From Macrostomum lignano (taxonomy: Eukaryota), in assembly GCA_002269645.1 (NCBI GenBank), contig NIVC01002509.1, forward strand, positions 65,803 through 129,802: a stretch of 64,000 nucleotides of DNA, read 5' to 3'. The notes below the pieces were generated by a model. The model was given only the letters and a program-made list of their open reading frames with translations. It made no database searches and was not told the origin of the DNA. The position numbers were made by a program, and so were the translations under genes. Position 1 is the first letter of the stretch. Every line of letters starts with the position of its first letter. This document shows positions 23,801-34,416 of this stretch, piece by piece.

Positions 23801-25370
23801 GATCTAGTTCCCATTCATAGAATGATCTAGTTCCCATTCATAGAATGATCTAGCTCCCATTCATAGAATGATCTAGCTCCCATTCATAGAATGATCTAGT
23901 TCCCATTCATAGAATGATCTAGCTCCCATTCATAGAATAATCTAGCTCCCATTCATAGAATGATCTAGTTCCCATTCATAGAATGATCTAGCTCCCATTC
24001 ATAGAATGATCTAGCTCCCATTCATAGAATGATCTAGCTCCCATTCATAGAATGATCTAGTTCCCATTCATAGAATGATCTAGCTCCCATTCATAGAATG
24101 ATCTAGCTCCCATTCATAGAATGATCTAGTTCCCATGCATAGAATGATCTAGTTCCCATTCATAGAATGATCTAGCTCCCATTCATAGAATGATCTAGCT
24201 CCCATTCATAGAATGATCTAGCTCCCATTCATAGAATGATCTAGTTCCCATGCATAGAATGATCTAGTTCCCATTCATAGAATGATCTAGCTCCCATGCA
24301 TAGAATGATCTAGTTCCCATTCATAGAATGATCTAGTTCCCATTCATAGAATGATCTAGCTCCCATTCATAGAATGATCTAGTTCCCATTCATAGAATGA
24401 TCTAGCTCCCATTCATAGAATGATCTAGTTCCCATTCATAGAATGATCTAGTTCCCATTCGCTTACTGTACTTACTTATAGACTAATTTTATGAGTTTAT
24501 AAAAGCCGGGACAGATGAGGTCAAAAATATTTTTACCTAACTAAGCACCAGAATCCGTATGCCAAGGTGCTCCTAACTCGCACCCGTTTTCATAGACAAA
24601 TAGGAATAAAAGTGAAGAAAAATATTCAGCCAGGAAAATGGTTCTTGGGTACAGTTTCAGTTCATGTTCTTTAGAGTGCGGTGCAGGCACTGCGTGCGAC
24701 ACAGTTTGCTAATTTTTTTCATCTCCCCACTAGTACCGACTCCTGCACAGCAACTATATCTGCGCACACTGCTGGAAATGTCACGCTGCATTTCCTACCA
24801 TCCAAGTAGCGCCTCCATTATGCTCGTACATTTAGAACGAAAAACAAATATTAAAATCATAAATTGCCACACTGCTTAAACACTTCACAAATCGAAAAAA
24901 ATCAACTGTTCTTTAAGATAAGTACCCTCCATTGAATTCTCCTTTTCATGGAAATCTCCTCATCGTGGAATTCTTCTCTCCATGGAACTTTCCTCTGTAA
25001 ACCTCTTTTCCTCTATTCCTATGTAAACTGTAACTTTGCTTTAAACAGTAACTTTACTGTAAACAGTAACTGTAAACTCACCCATGAGCAGGTAGGCGCC
25101 GGTCAGGCTTGAGCCGGCAAAGGACAGCTGAGAGTCGGACGCGCCAACAAAGGAAGTGGCGATGTGGTCGCGCATGACGCCAAACGAGAAGCAGAAGCCG
25201 TCAACTAAAGCGTTGCACAGGAAAGAGCCGAGCACGATTAGCCAGGCGTAGCCTTTGTCAGGCGGATTTGGCGGAGACAGCTGGACTTCTTCTTTTGAAG
25301 GCAGCAAATTTGAGCACACTTGCGGCTGCTCCTGCTCCGCCTGAGCAATAGCGTCTCCTTCTTCCACCAT
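14801..25370 (-). CDS. SLC16/monocarboxylate transporter family (MFS) protein, about 810 aa, 7 exons: 25370-25082, 22681-22538, 21111-20753, 19509-18711, 17328-17206, 16885-16739, 15372-14801
   Basis: GT-AG junctions with phases 1,1,0,1,1,1; total 2433 nt. Motifs PPDKGYAWLIV (SLC16 signature PPDGGWGW), GPISSALANTFGSR, YLPAVVTVGFWFESRRAFATGIAVCGSGIG, ANTVGRIVAGWASD, ELMGLDRLTNAYGLLLLFQG and GPPLGS. It has a long central cytoplasmic loop. The orthologue cannot be assigned from motifs alone. Confidence 0.95.
15503..16610. repeat. 33-bp minisatellite (AAAGTATGTCAGACTGTCTAATGTTCATCTATC), about 33 copies, MCT intron 6
   Basis: Direct inspection; variant blocks (gttcat/gtacat/gttaat) are clustered along the array. 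Confidence 0.97.
16905..17166. repeat. 36-bp minisatellite, about 7 copies, filling most of MCT intron 5
   Basis: Direct inspection (CTGGGATCTGGGACTTCAGGGACTGGCTGCTTC..). Confidence 0.95.
17400..18665. repeat. Compound GAATAGATTCG/GAAATATTCG satellite with an internal duplication of about 497 bp, MCT intron 4
   Basis: The artefactual ORFs starting at 17852 and 18349 have the same sequence over most of their length. Confidence 0.93.
19690..20240. repeat. 33-34-bp minisatellite (CTAGAAACATGAATACAGCCAATAGACTGTTTC), about 15 copies, MCT intron 3
   Basis: Direct inspection; degenerate flanking copies on both sides. Confidence 0.95.
20328..20638 (-). mobile_element. tRNA-derived SINE with a CORE-like central domain and an (ATT)n tail
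   Basis: The minus strand has a tRNA-like head (A-box-like TTGGTGGTTAGA, B-box GGTTCGATT), then GTGTCCTTGAAAAAGACACTTAAC...CAGTT...CTATAAAATGGG, which resembles the CORE consensus GTGACCTTGGGCAAGTCACTTAAC...CTGTAAAATGGG. It ends in ATTATTATTATT. Confidence 0.75.
21180..21815. repeat. Degenerate purine-rich tandem repeat (about 20-bp GATGGCAGTAGAGGGCGGAA), MCT intron 2
   Basis: Direct inspection. Confidence 0.92.
22770..24460. repeat. 23-bp minisatellite (TCATAGAATGATCTAG[T/C]TCCCAT), about 72 copies, MCT intron 1
   Basis: Direct inspection. Confidence 0.97.
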
Positions 25371-25719
25371 CTTGTGCGTGTTTGTCTTGAGCGATTTGCT
25401 TAAAACTAACAGACCGCGAGAGGGCCGCTGTGCAGTAATAGTTTGCAGCTGAATTTAGCGGCTAAATATCATTAAGCAAAAAGGCGGGTGACTGAATATG
25501 CCTGTTTTTTTCTCTTTTTTTAAGGCACCGTTAAGTGCTGCCTGCCCCAGCGCTATGCGATCATCAAAATATTCTGGCATCCAATCCGGAAAGAGCCAAA
25601 TCGAGAGACAGAGAAAGATAGAGAGAGAAATGTAGAGAGAAAGAAGAGGACGAAATAAGTGACCTGAATGCGACTTAACAAATATAGAAACCGTTTCTGA
25701 CACGTTTTCGATTCCTTAG

Positions 25720-28700
25720 ATTTGAAACATTTACTTGGAAAGATTTAGAGAGACCCAGAAAAAGGACAAGAAAAGAACATGGTGCAAAGATCAAAAACAG
25801 TTCAAAAAAGAAATCAGAAAACAGTGGGCATAGTACTTTAGCCTTGTGCTGGCAAATTGGATTATAGAGAGCAAAATTTAAACACTGAACCTCATACTAC
25901 TTACAATAGTATAAGTATGAATTGATTTATAGCAGTAAGGAAATTTTTTTAATATAATTATAATGACCTTTTATATCTAATAAAAAATCTAATTATAGTT
26001 GCGAGTTTTACTTTAGACTACTGAAAAGAGTAGACAAATAAAGATTTGAGTTATAAAATCTTTCACATAGCCCAAAAATGCTGCCATTATAGAAATATTA
26101 GTGCACATAAGCAGTAGTGGGAGAAGTCATAATAAGGCTATGCTGATTGATAAAGGCAAACAAGCCAAAAACTAACCTCAGTCCACTTGTGAGGTTTGAC
26201 CCCCACTTTTAGTATCATATTACTGAATACAAGATAAAAAGGTTGTATTTTAGCTATAGCTTTATTTTGCATTTGGATGCTTATATAACTAAGAGATAAG
26301 TAGCTAGAAAAAAATTTACATTTTTATCATCAAATGTATTAGCATAAGATAGGAATAGATAAAAATATATTAAGTAGAATAGTATACTATATTATAAGAT
26401 GGTATATCATATTTCTATTTATCTTCAAGATTGGCAAAAAGTGACAAAAATGGACTTGTATATAATTTAGGAGCTGTTGTGAATGCCAACTTAAGCTCAT
26501 AAAGTAGGGTTTCTAATTATCCCCTTGCTTGTTCTCTCTTTTCTAAGTCCAATTCTTATTGCTTTCTTACCTAATCTAGCTTTCTAGTGTTGCTATGAGC
26601 AGAATGACATATCATTTGTGTATATAAGTCACTCTGGCTCCATTTAATGAGCTTAAGTTTATATGCCTTTTTCTATAACTGCATAACTTTCTTGCTATAC
26701 TTGCAATGCATTAGTGATACTTGGCAAGAATGCTATAGATAGAGAATTAGGACCTGTTGTTTCTAGCTAATATGGCTATAAGAATGCAGCTATGAATAGT
26801 ATTCTTCAGATTGTCTACCTTTTCTCTCTTTCCTCTCTTCCTTTCTTACTTCTTTCTTTTCTCTATCTCCTTATTTCTTTGCTCATTTTTCTTTACTTTC
26901 TCTTCTTTTATCTCTTTCCTTTCTTCTTTCTCTTTTTTTTTCTCTTATACATTTTTCTTCTTTCTCTCTCTTTTTTCTCTTTTCTTTCCCTCTCCTATTT
27001 CTTTTTATAACTGTTAATTAAATAAAGTGACAAAATTTCCTGCTTAGCAAGATTTAATATAAGAGTAATGGCCATGTTAAGTTAAGTAGTTGGTTCCCAA
27101 GAAGATTAGATAGTGGAAACCTTTTGAATACTTTGTAGTCTAGCCTTTTTTGATAGTGGCAAACACCGGGCAACCTACTTATTGGTTTTAACAATATTTT
27201 CAACTCAAAGTTTAGATTGTATATTAGAATATACTAGGTCTAATGCCAGAAAAAATTATTAGACCTTGTTTGTACATTGGAACTAACAAAACAAATGTGT
27301 CATTGACAAAATGTTTCTACTATGTCATGTATGCTTGGGTATATGCTATTATAAACTAAAAAATGGCAAGTACCTTTATTATACATTGGGAAATCCTGGC
27401 GTACATATAGCTTTCCAAAATATGTTGCTAAGTCCCTAACCCAAGGGATTTGAAAGCTTATATTATGAAAAGTAAAAATAGTCATCTTAATATTTGTTAG
27501 TGTTAATTGTTCTAGGCTTTCCCTGGATATCCTATTATCATTATTAATTAGTTATAGAGATTATAGAAAATAAAACATACAAACCTTAGAGATTTAGTAT
27601 ATTTAGATATAAAAATTCAAAGTTTCTAACCAACTTATCCCTTTGGGCCATAGATATTCCCAAGCATCAGTGCTATATCAAACAATAGAATTCCTGCATT
27701 TTTGTACCAATCTAAAAAAACTTCAAAACTTTGAATAATTGTTAAATATAATTACAAATTGCTAGAGACAAAAAAGCAAAAAGCAAAATTGTTAATTTTA
27801 CTACTTTAATAACTTGGAGAATATCCAAACATGCTAAAATCTGCTTTTTAGGTAGTGAAAGTGTGAAAAGCATCAAAAAAATAGTTTATATTAAAAAAAT
27901 TGAGGATACTAGAAAGGCATTGCTAGAGATAGAACAAAGTGCTTAATAGCTTAGAGAGTATCCAAACATGCTAAAATCAGTTTCTTAGATGGAAAAAGTA
28001 TGAAAAAAATTGAAAAAAGTTTGAAAAATGATTTAAGAAAAATGCCATAAAATCATTGCTAGGCCTAGAGTCTAGGCATAGTTTTTTATTTTATAAGCAT
28101 TAGGCCCTAATCTTAAGTAGGCCCTAGGCTTAAATAAAACAGATTCGGATTTACAACTAGAATTACTAACACAATACAATTTATTATTTTATTACATTTT
28201 TATAGTTTAGGTTCATAGTTTTATAGGCCTTTTTAATTAATGTTTTAATTTAAGGCTAGCAAGCAAAAGTGCAACTAAGGGGGATAAGAAAGGGAAATTT
28301 GCCCTTCTTGGCCCTTAGGTGAAGACTTGATAAAAATCAACTAATTAAGAGGGGAGTTGGGGGACCAAGTGCATTTTTGCCAAAATACTAAGCCAGCCCC
28401 TTTGCCCCTCTTCTTGCCTTGGTCTTTACAATCTAGAATCTGCCCCCTTTCAAAAAATTTCTGGTTGCTCCACTGCTGGCAAAAGTGAAGCCAAAAAAAT
28501 TATAACAGTTTGCATTTAATGCTTTAGAAAGAAATTTCATTGAATTTATTTTATTGAGTGGATTCCAGTCATCTTTCTAAGCTTCTAATACATTTTCTGG
28601 CTCACTGGCTGTAACTCGTAATGTTTGTTAATAGTTATTGTAAGTAGGCCTAACCATGTAGGAAAGAAAAGAATGGGGTGCTAATCTGAGAGACTTATTT
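25720..28700. other. AT-rich, CpG-depleted block (decayed repeat territory) upstream of the MCT ATG
   Basis: A manual count finds 5 CG dinucleotides in about 3 kb, while the flanks are CpG-rich. The block contains a CT-rich tract (26800-27010), a 137-bp-offset duplication (27822/27959) and a decayed MITE-like element (about 28265-28475). Confidence 0.8.
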
Positions 28701-29504
28701 TTGTTTTGCTTACTTTCGAATTTTTGCATCCTGGTACATCCGTTCTATTTTATTGGCTCTTGTCTCTTGAATGCCACAGACGACAGCAGTTTATTTGTTA
28801 TTGTTTCCCTTCCCAAGTTCGTCTGATTGATATCATATATATTAGTGTTACACCAAAAACTAGACTTATCTTAGAACGTTTCATTACATTTAATTCTCAT
28901 CTTACGTTATTACGATCGCACGATTCGCATGGAATGATGCGATATCAATCTGGCAATCTGGGAATTCAGAACTGAACTTGGGAACAGAGCAAATTGACCA
29001 TGTATAGTTCTTGGAAAATATCTTGAATTTAAAATAACGCATTAGAACTTGTTATAACATAAGTATATCCTAAGTATTTAGATGAATTATCATTAATTGC
29101 TGCAGCATAATCTATTAGAAGGCCTCTTATTGGAATCAAAATTTTTATTGTTTTTCAACATGATCCGTTTTCATTAGCTTTTTATACACGATTTCACCGT
29201 GTGCAGTTTCTATAGCAAAACTACACGTGCAGTCCAAGCTGAACAGTTCATATGTTCACATGCGATGCAAGTTTTTTTTATTGTTTCGACTCGATATTGT
29301 TTTCATCAAGGTGCCGAACTTGCCTGCTGGATTACTATTGCGTGGTCTGTAAATTTGTATTTTTGTAAGGATGACAATTGTTTGGATGTCCATATCCTAA
29401 AAGCGGATCGAAAAGGAAGAACACTGAATACATGAATTGATAGAGGAGGCCAGAAAAATATTGAAATACGAATTACATGGCATGTGTACATACCATCGAA
29501 TACG

Positions 29505-30290
29505 TACGAAGGGTACTGCAAAAGTGTAGCCACTTGGCATTTTTAGCCATACGCTGTTTGTCGGCTATCAGTTTCATTTTCCATAGGCTTACATGACAAT
29601 AAATGAATATGATGGATAATCTTGCAGCGTTCAGCCACTAGGGCCAGATAACTTCAGCACCTCTGTCCACTTTTAAAGCGGAGCTCCTGAAATTGACCGC
29701 GAATCGCGAGCATTTTCTTGCCATAATGATTTTTTATGACTATACCGCAGCGTCCTTGATTGCCGCCAGTGCAACGAAAGGCTATCAGTGGTTTCGCAGA
29801 AGCGGCTCCATCGCCTGCGACCGTCAGCAACTGGTTCTGTGAGTTTCTTCCTGGCTGAGACTCGTTGAAAGATAAGCGCGTACACGCCGACCTTCAACTA
29901 CATGTACCACGACACCATGCAGAAACTGCAGTGGCTCGATCGTGTCCGCCAGCTGGTTGAAGCTAACAAGCAGATAATTTACAAGGAGATCGAAGCATCC
30001 CTGGCATCCATTCGCCGGCAATTGCTAAAACTCTCACGACCACATCGGCTTGCGAATACTGATCATAGATAGGTGTGCCCCACCTGCTGCAGCCTGAGCA
30101 AAACGGGCCAGGGTCGATTGGTGCCACCAGATGCTTCAGAAGTACAGCGATATAGTGTCGAAATCGGTCGTCGACATCGTGACATGCGACAAGACTTGGG
30201 TGTACTGCTACACTGTACGAGCCAGAGCGCAAGCGCAAGTCGCAGGTTTTCAGACGAGGTGCCACCAACGAAGGTCCTACAAGGCTTTAA
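29505..30290 (+). mobile_element. Decayed mariner (Tc1/mariner) transposon: 5' TIR-like end plus frameshifted N-terminal transposase
   Basis: TIR-like TACGAAGGGTACTGCAAAAGT at 29505. Translatable fragments REHF..MIFYDY, EAAPSPATVSNWFCEF (mariner HTH), IVTCDKTWVYCY (mariner IVTGDETW) and EVPPTKV. No second half of the catalytic domain or 3' TIR was seen. Confidence 0.85.
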
Positions 30291-30389
30291 CTCCCGGACG
30301 CGTCTCCTCTGGACTGATCGTTCGTGACTGCAGCCGCCGCAGCGACTACCCGACGACCACCATGCCAAGCAGCCCTGCCCGTCGACCGC

Positions 30390-31370
30390 GACTCCTGATT
30401 GTTATCTTTATAGATTTTAAGAAGGCATTCGACTCTGTCGTCAAGGTCTGTGCTCCCAAAAGGTGCTCCGTGCGTACAACGTGCCAGATCGAGCAGCTGA
30501 TTTCCGCCATCATAGCGATGTACTGTGATACGAAAGCTGCTGTTTCAACATCGGATGGCCTAGCTATCGGACTTATTTGAGACATCCTCCGGGGTGCTTT
30601 AGGGAGATACGCTTGCGCCGTTCCTGTTCGTTCTGGTGCTTGACTGGGTGCTGCGGACCGCTCTTCCTACCATGAAATGACGACGGCTTTCTGTTGCGGC
30701 GACGCGTGGGTCGACGTCAAAAAGAGAGGCGCCTCAGCGTGCCTCGGCGTACGACGATCTCGCCCTGCTGTTCTCAACTGTCGAGGGCGCCCAGCGACAA
30801 CTGGACAAGCTAGTTTCTGTTGCGGCGAGTGTCGGCCTGGAGGTCAACACGCAGATGGGCTGCCTTTCGTTCTGTGAGAGCAGTCCTGCGGTCCGAGGCC
30901 TTACCTGACCGTGATCGAGACCATCCTTGCTATACAACGGCCGAGACCTGGACGCTGACGGAGTCGCTCGAGCAACAAGTTAACGCGGCGCACGCTGGCC
31001 TGCTGGCGTAGCCGCCTTCAAAATGGGCTACGAGCAAGTGACCAACGCGGCTTTGTATCGCCGCGTCGGCCTGGTCCGTCTAAGCGACCTGCTGTGCCGT
31101 CGGCAACTCTAGCTGACAGGCCACATCATCTGCGCCGAGTCGTACTACCCAGAGCCGGTGGAGGAGGTGCTGCTGCTAACGCTGCAGGCACCCTACCGGC
31201 AGCTGGGCAGGCGCGCACTCGGCGTTTCGTCGACTGCCTGCTGGCTGACGCCGGCGCCCCGGATTCAGCCGGCGGCGTGGCGTTCATTCGTGACCTGGCC
31301 TTGAAGCGCGCCCTGTGACGCTAACTGCGTATTATGTTGTTGTTTTTGTTTTTGTTGTTGTTTTTGTTGT
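30390..31370 (+). mobile_element. 5'-truncated, degenerate RTE-type non-LTR retrotransposon (reverse transcriptase and 3' end)
   Basis: FIDFKKAFDSV; GVL*GDTLAPFLFVLVLDWVLR (LQGD with CAG>TAG); a degenerate YADD (AYDDLALL); C-terminus ...RTRRFVDCLLADAG...LALKRAL* at 31316; (TTG/TTTTG)n tail at about 31333-31370. Confidence 0.88.
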
Positions 31371-31967
31371 GGTATGAAATGTGAGTAGTGAATGCGCCGG
31401 CCGCAGGGCATGGAATAGAAGCTGAGGATCAAAGTGGAAGATCACAGACTATGAGTATGAGCCGAACTTAAATCATCATAACAGTAAACAATACTTCTAA
31501 ATAAGTCCCTGTAGGAGGTGAATCACGAGAGAATCCTGCGACCCGCACTTGCCGCATCCCCTGCTGCATCGAACTCATCCAGAATAAAGACATTAAGATG
31601 GCGTTATATTTATTTATTATTTGTTTATTATTAGTTATTTACAATCGACCCTTGGAATCTTGGGGCTCAGGAGGGAATCGTAGTTTAAAACCGCTCACCA
31701 GCTATAAGATCCCCCTATGCAAAATTCCTCGTTTCCAGCACTGACTAGACTTGTCCTTGTATGCCTCGCATAGAGTCCCTTAATCGGCCATTTCTAGTAC
31801 AGTTGGGTCAAGAAGCTTCGTCCTTTACAGGCCGGGAGTCCCGTCTCGCTAGTGGGAGTTTTTACTTGGTGTACTCCAGCACAGGTGACTGGTGGCGGCC
31901 GCGCTTCTGGCGTGTACCTTCAAACCCGGGCCCGCTGTCGAGATTGCCCGCAGTGCAATTTGCTTAC

Positions 31968-32132
31968 GAGTGAACTGCCCGCGAACGAGTTGCCCGTCGA
32001 GTTTTTTCCGCCGAGGTTTGCCCGCAGTTCTTTTTTCCTGCAGCGCATTTAGCCAGTTCAGTTCACTTGTGGGCTATTTCCACTGCGGGCAGTTCTCGGT
32101 GGGCAAATCTCGGCAGGCAGACCCGACGAGGC
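31968..32132. mobile_element. Small degenerate palindromic (foldback/MITE-like) element with GCCGAG.TTTGCCC subterminal motifs
   Basis: About 31995-32040 is an imperfect reverse complement of about 32085-32130. Confidence 0.55.
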
Positions 32133-32790
32133 CTTGTTGCTGTACCTTTCAGCGCCAGAGCCCAGGGTTTGCACAGGTGTCTTCATGCAGCCCGGGTTAC
32201 GTCAGTTCGACATATACATTAAATACGGTGCAAATGTGGTATTGTACATTCACCCCTCGTCAGCAAGTGCAGTCGCATCTTAGACAGCCTGACGTGTTAT
32301 GTAATATAAACATGTGACGTATTTCCACATGTAATTGTTCATTTTAAGGCAACCGATCCATATAGAACTTCGTCGGCAACACTAAGACCGATGCACGGAC
32401 CCTTCAAGAAACAGTATGCATGTATACGCGTTTAAGGCGACCTAACAGACTGTCGATATTACATGTAAACGAGACGACTCCGCCAGTAAAACTTTATACA
32501 ATTTGTATTAAATTGTATTAGTTAATAGACGATCGACACGCAAAATACAATTCTTATATACTTGATGCAAGTACATTTTAAAGTAGTGTTAAAATGTATA
32601 ACATCTGCGACTTGTTTAAAATTTCTTTCTTGACATTGTCTATGGCTTAAAAAGGCAGGACACGGACGGAACCGAATGCGAGCATAAAAATTGAACGACA
32701 ACAAACAGAGCTGGTTTACATGTAGAAAAGTTAATTACCCAAATAAATAGAAGCATCACTAATTTCAACGAGAATACACTGTACGTCGCC

Positions 32791-34416
32791 ATGTTCAATC
32801 AGAAGTTTCTGGATGACACTATTCCAACTCGTTCGCGCAGCAAAGCCCATGTAGATGCTGCCAGCCAAAAGACTCAAAGCACTCGGTGCAGTAGCGTTAA
32901 GCGACACGCTCAAAGTCTCTTCAAACCATGGTTCACTGGTAATAACACTGCGACATCGGGAGTAGCTGCCGCAGCCTCCGCCGCCGCGGCCGCGCTGCAA
33001 GCCGGAACCCCAATGTCCGAGCCGACTCGCAATAGTAGCAATGCGCCAGAGCTGCCCGACAGCGGCCCGTACAACTATAGCAATGTCAGTAATATGACAG
33101 CCGGTGCTGACATGGGCGACAAGCCGATTAACAAAGACGATATTCGTCCGATGCCCTACCATGACTACAATCCGATTTTGGTGCGTCAGACTCAGAGCGA
33201 CCAAGAGCTACCAATTCACTATTGGTTCTACATCTACTTGTACAGCTCCGATGTAGACAAGTTGCTAACTCCGTTCGTTAGGATGGTTGACAGCTTTGGC
33301 ACTGATCGGCGACTTACTGTCATCATGAACAGATGCGGGGTATGGACAATGGGGAGGAGAATAAAGGAGAGAAAATGAGAGGAGAGGAGAGATTAGAAAT
33401 GGAATACGATCTAAAGTAGAATAGAATAGAGTAGAGTAGAATAGAGTAGAATATAATATAATAGAATGAAGTAGAAAAGAATAGAATAGAAAAAAAAAAC
33501 AGAACAGAATAGAATAGAATAGAATAGAATAGAATAGAATAGAATAGAATAGAATAGAATAGAATAGAATAGAATAGAATAGAATAGAATAGAATAGAAT
33601 AGAATAGAATAGAATAGAATAGAATAGAATAGAATAAAATAGAATAGAATAGAATAGAATAGAATAGAATAAAATAGAATAGAATAGAATAGAATAGAAT
33701 AGAATAGAATAGAATAGAATAGAATAGAATAGAATAGAATAGAATAGAATAGAATAGAATAGAATAGAATAGCATAGCATAAAATAGAATAGAATAGAAT
33801 AGAATAGAATAGAATAGAATAGAATAGAATAGAATAGAATAGAATAGAATAGAATAGAATAGAATAGAATAGAATAGAATAGAATAGAATATCGAGAAGA
33901 GAAGAGAATACAGGAGAAGATAACGGAAGAAAGGAAGGAAAGGAAAGGAGAAGAGTAGGGAGAATACTGAATGAGAAAATCAGATACACAATCAGATAGA
34001 GATCGAAGGTAAATCTTTACCTGACTACAGTTGCTATTGTTCGAGACAAGACGGGAGGTCAAAGTTAGAGCAAAGATTGTATCGCGATTAAATTTGGCTC
34101 CGAAATCATTATTTTCATACTGATATCATAATCATCCAACATCCCCTACTGTATCCTACATCTACAATTAATGTAGGTGCAAATCCTTCTGAAGGAGCTT
34201 GAGTTGTACAAGTCTCTACCTCGGCGCATTGTGGTGATCAAGGGGGCCAAGTGGACCAGCATCGTGAAGGCTCTGATAGAGATGGAGGAGCGCCTGCCCG
34301 ATCTCATGCGATTCGCCACCTTTCCGTTGCTATTGGATACGGACACCACCAAGTACGCGTGCACTAAATTTGATCGCACCGCTTGCATCAATCGGCTCGC
34401 CAAGCTGATCCACTGA
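32791..34416 (+). CDS. Uncharacterised 262-aa protein, 2 exons (32791-33339, 34177-34416): low-complexity N-terminus and a putative TIR-like alpha/beta C-terminal domain
   Basis: Donor ggg|GTATGG at 33340 and acceptor aattaatgtag| at 34176 join in phase 0. Codon style matches the other genes. The C-terminal about 120 aa show alternating hydrophobic strands and amphipathic helices (WFYIYLYSSD / LTVIMNR / RRIVVIKGAKW / TFPLLL / INRLAKLIH). An additional upstream exon is possible (tag| at 32750). Confidence 0.7.
33415..33890. repeat. (AATAG)n pentanucleotide microsatellite in the intron of the TIR-like gene
   Basis: Direct inspection; explains the YSILF ORFs. Confidence 0.98.

Noticed and set aside
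31600-31950. Possible CR1/L2 3' fragment on the - strand (TAAA-rich tail, weak GDLxEAYK-like peptide); similar weak hint at about 43090-43200
   Set aside because: Similarity is too fragmentary to support without a database search.
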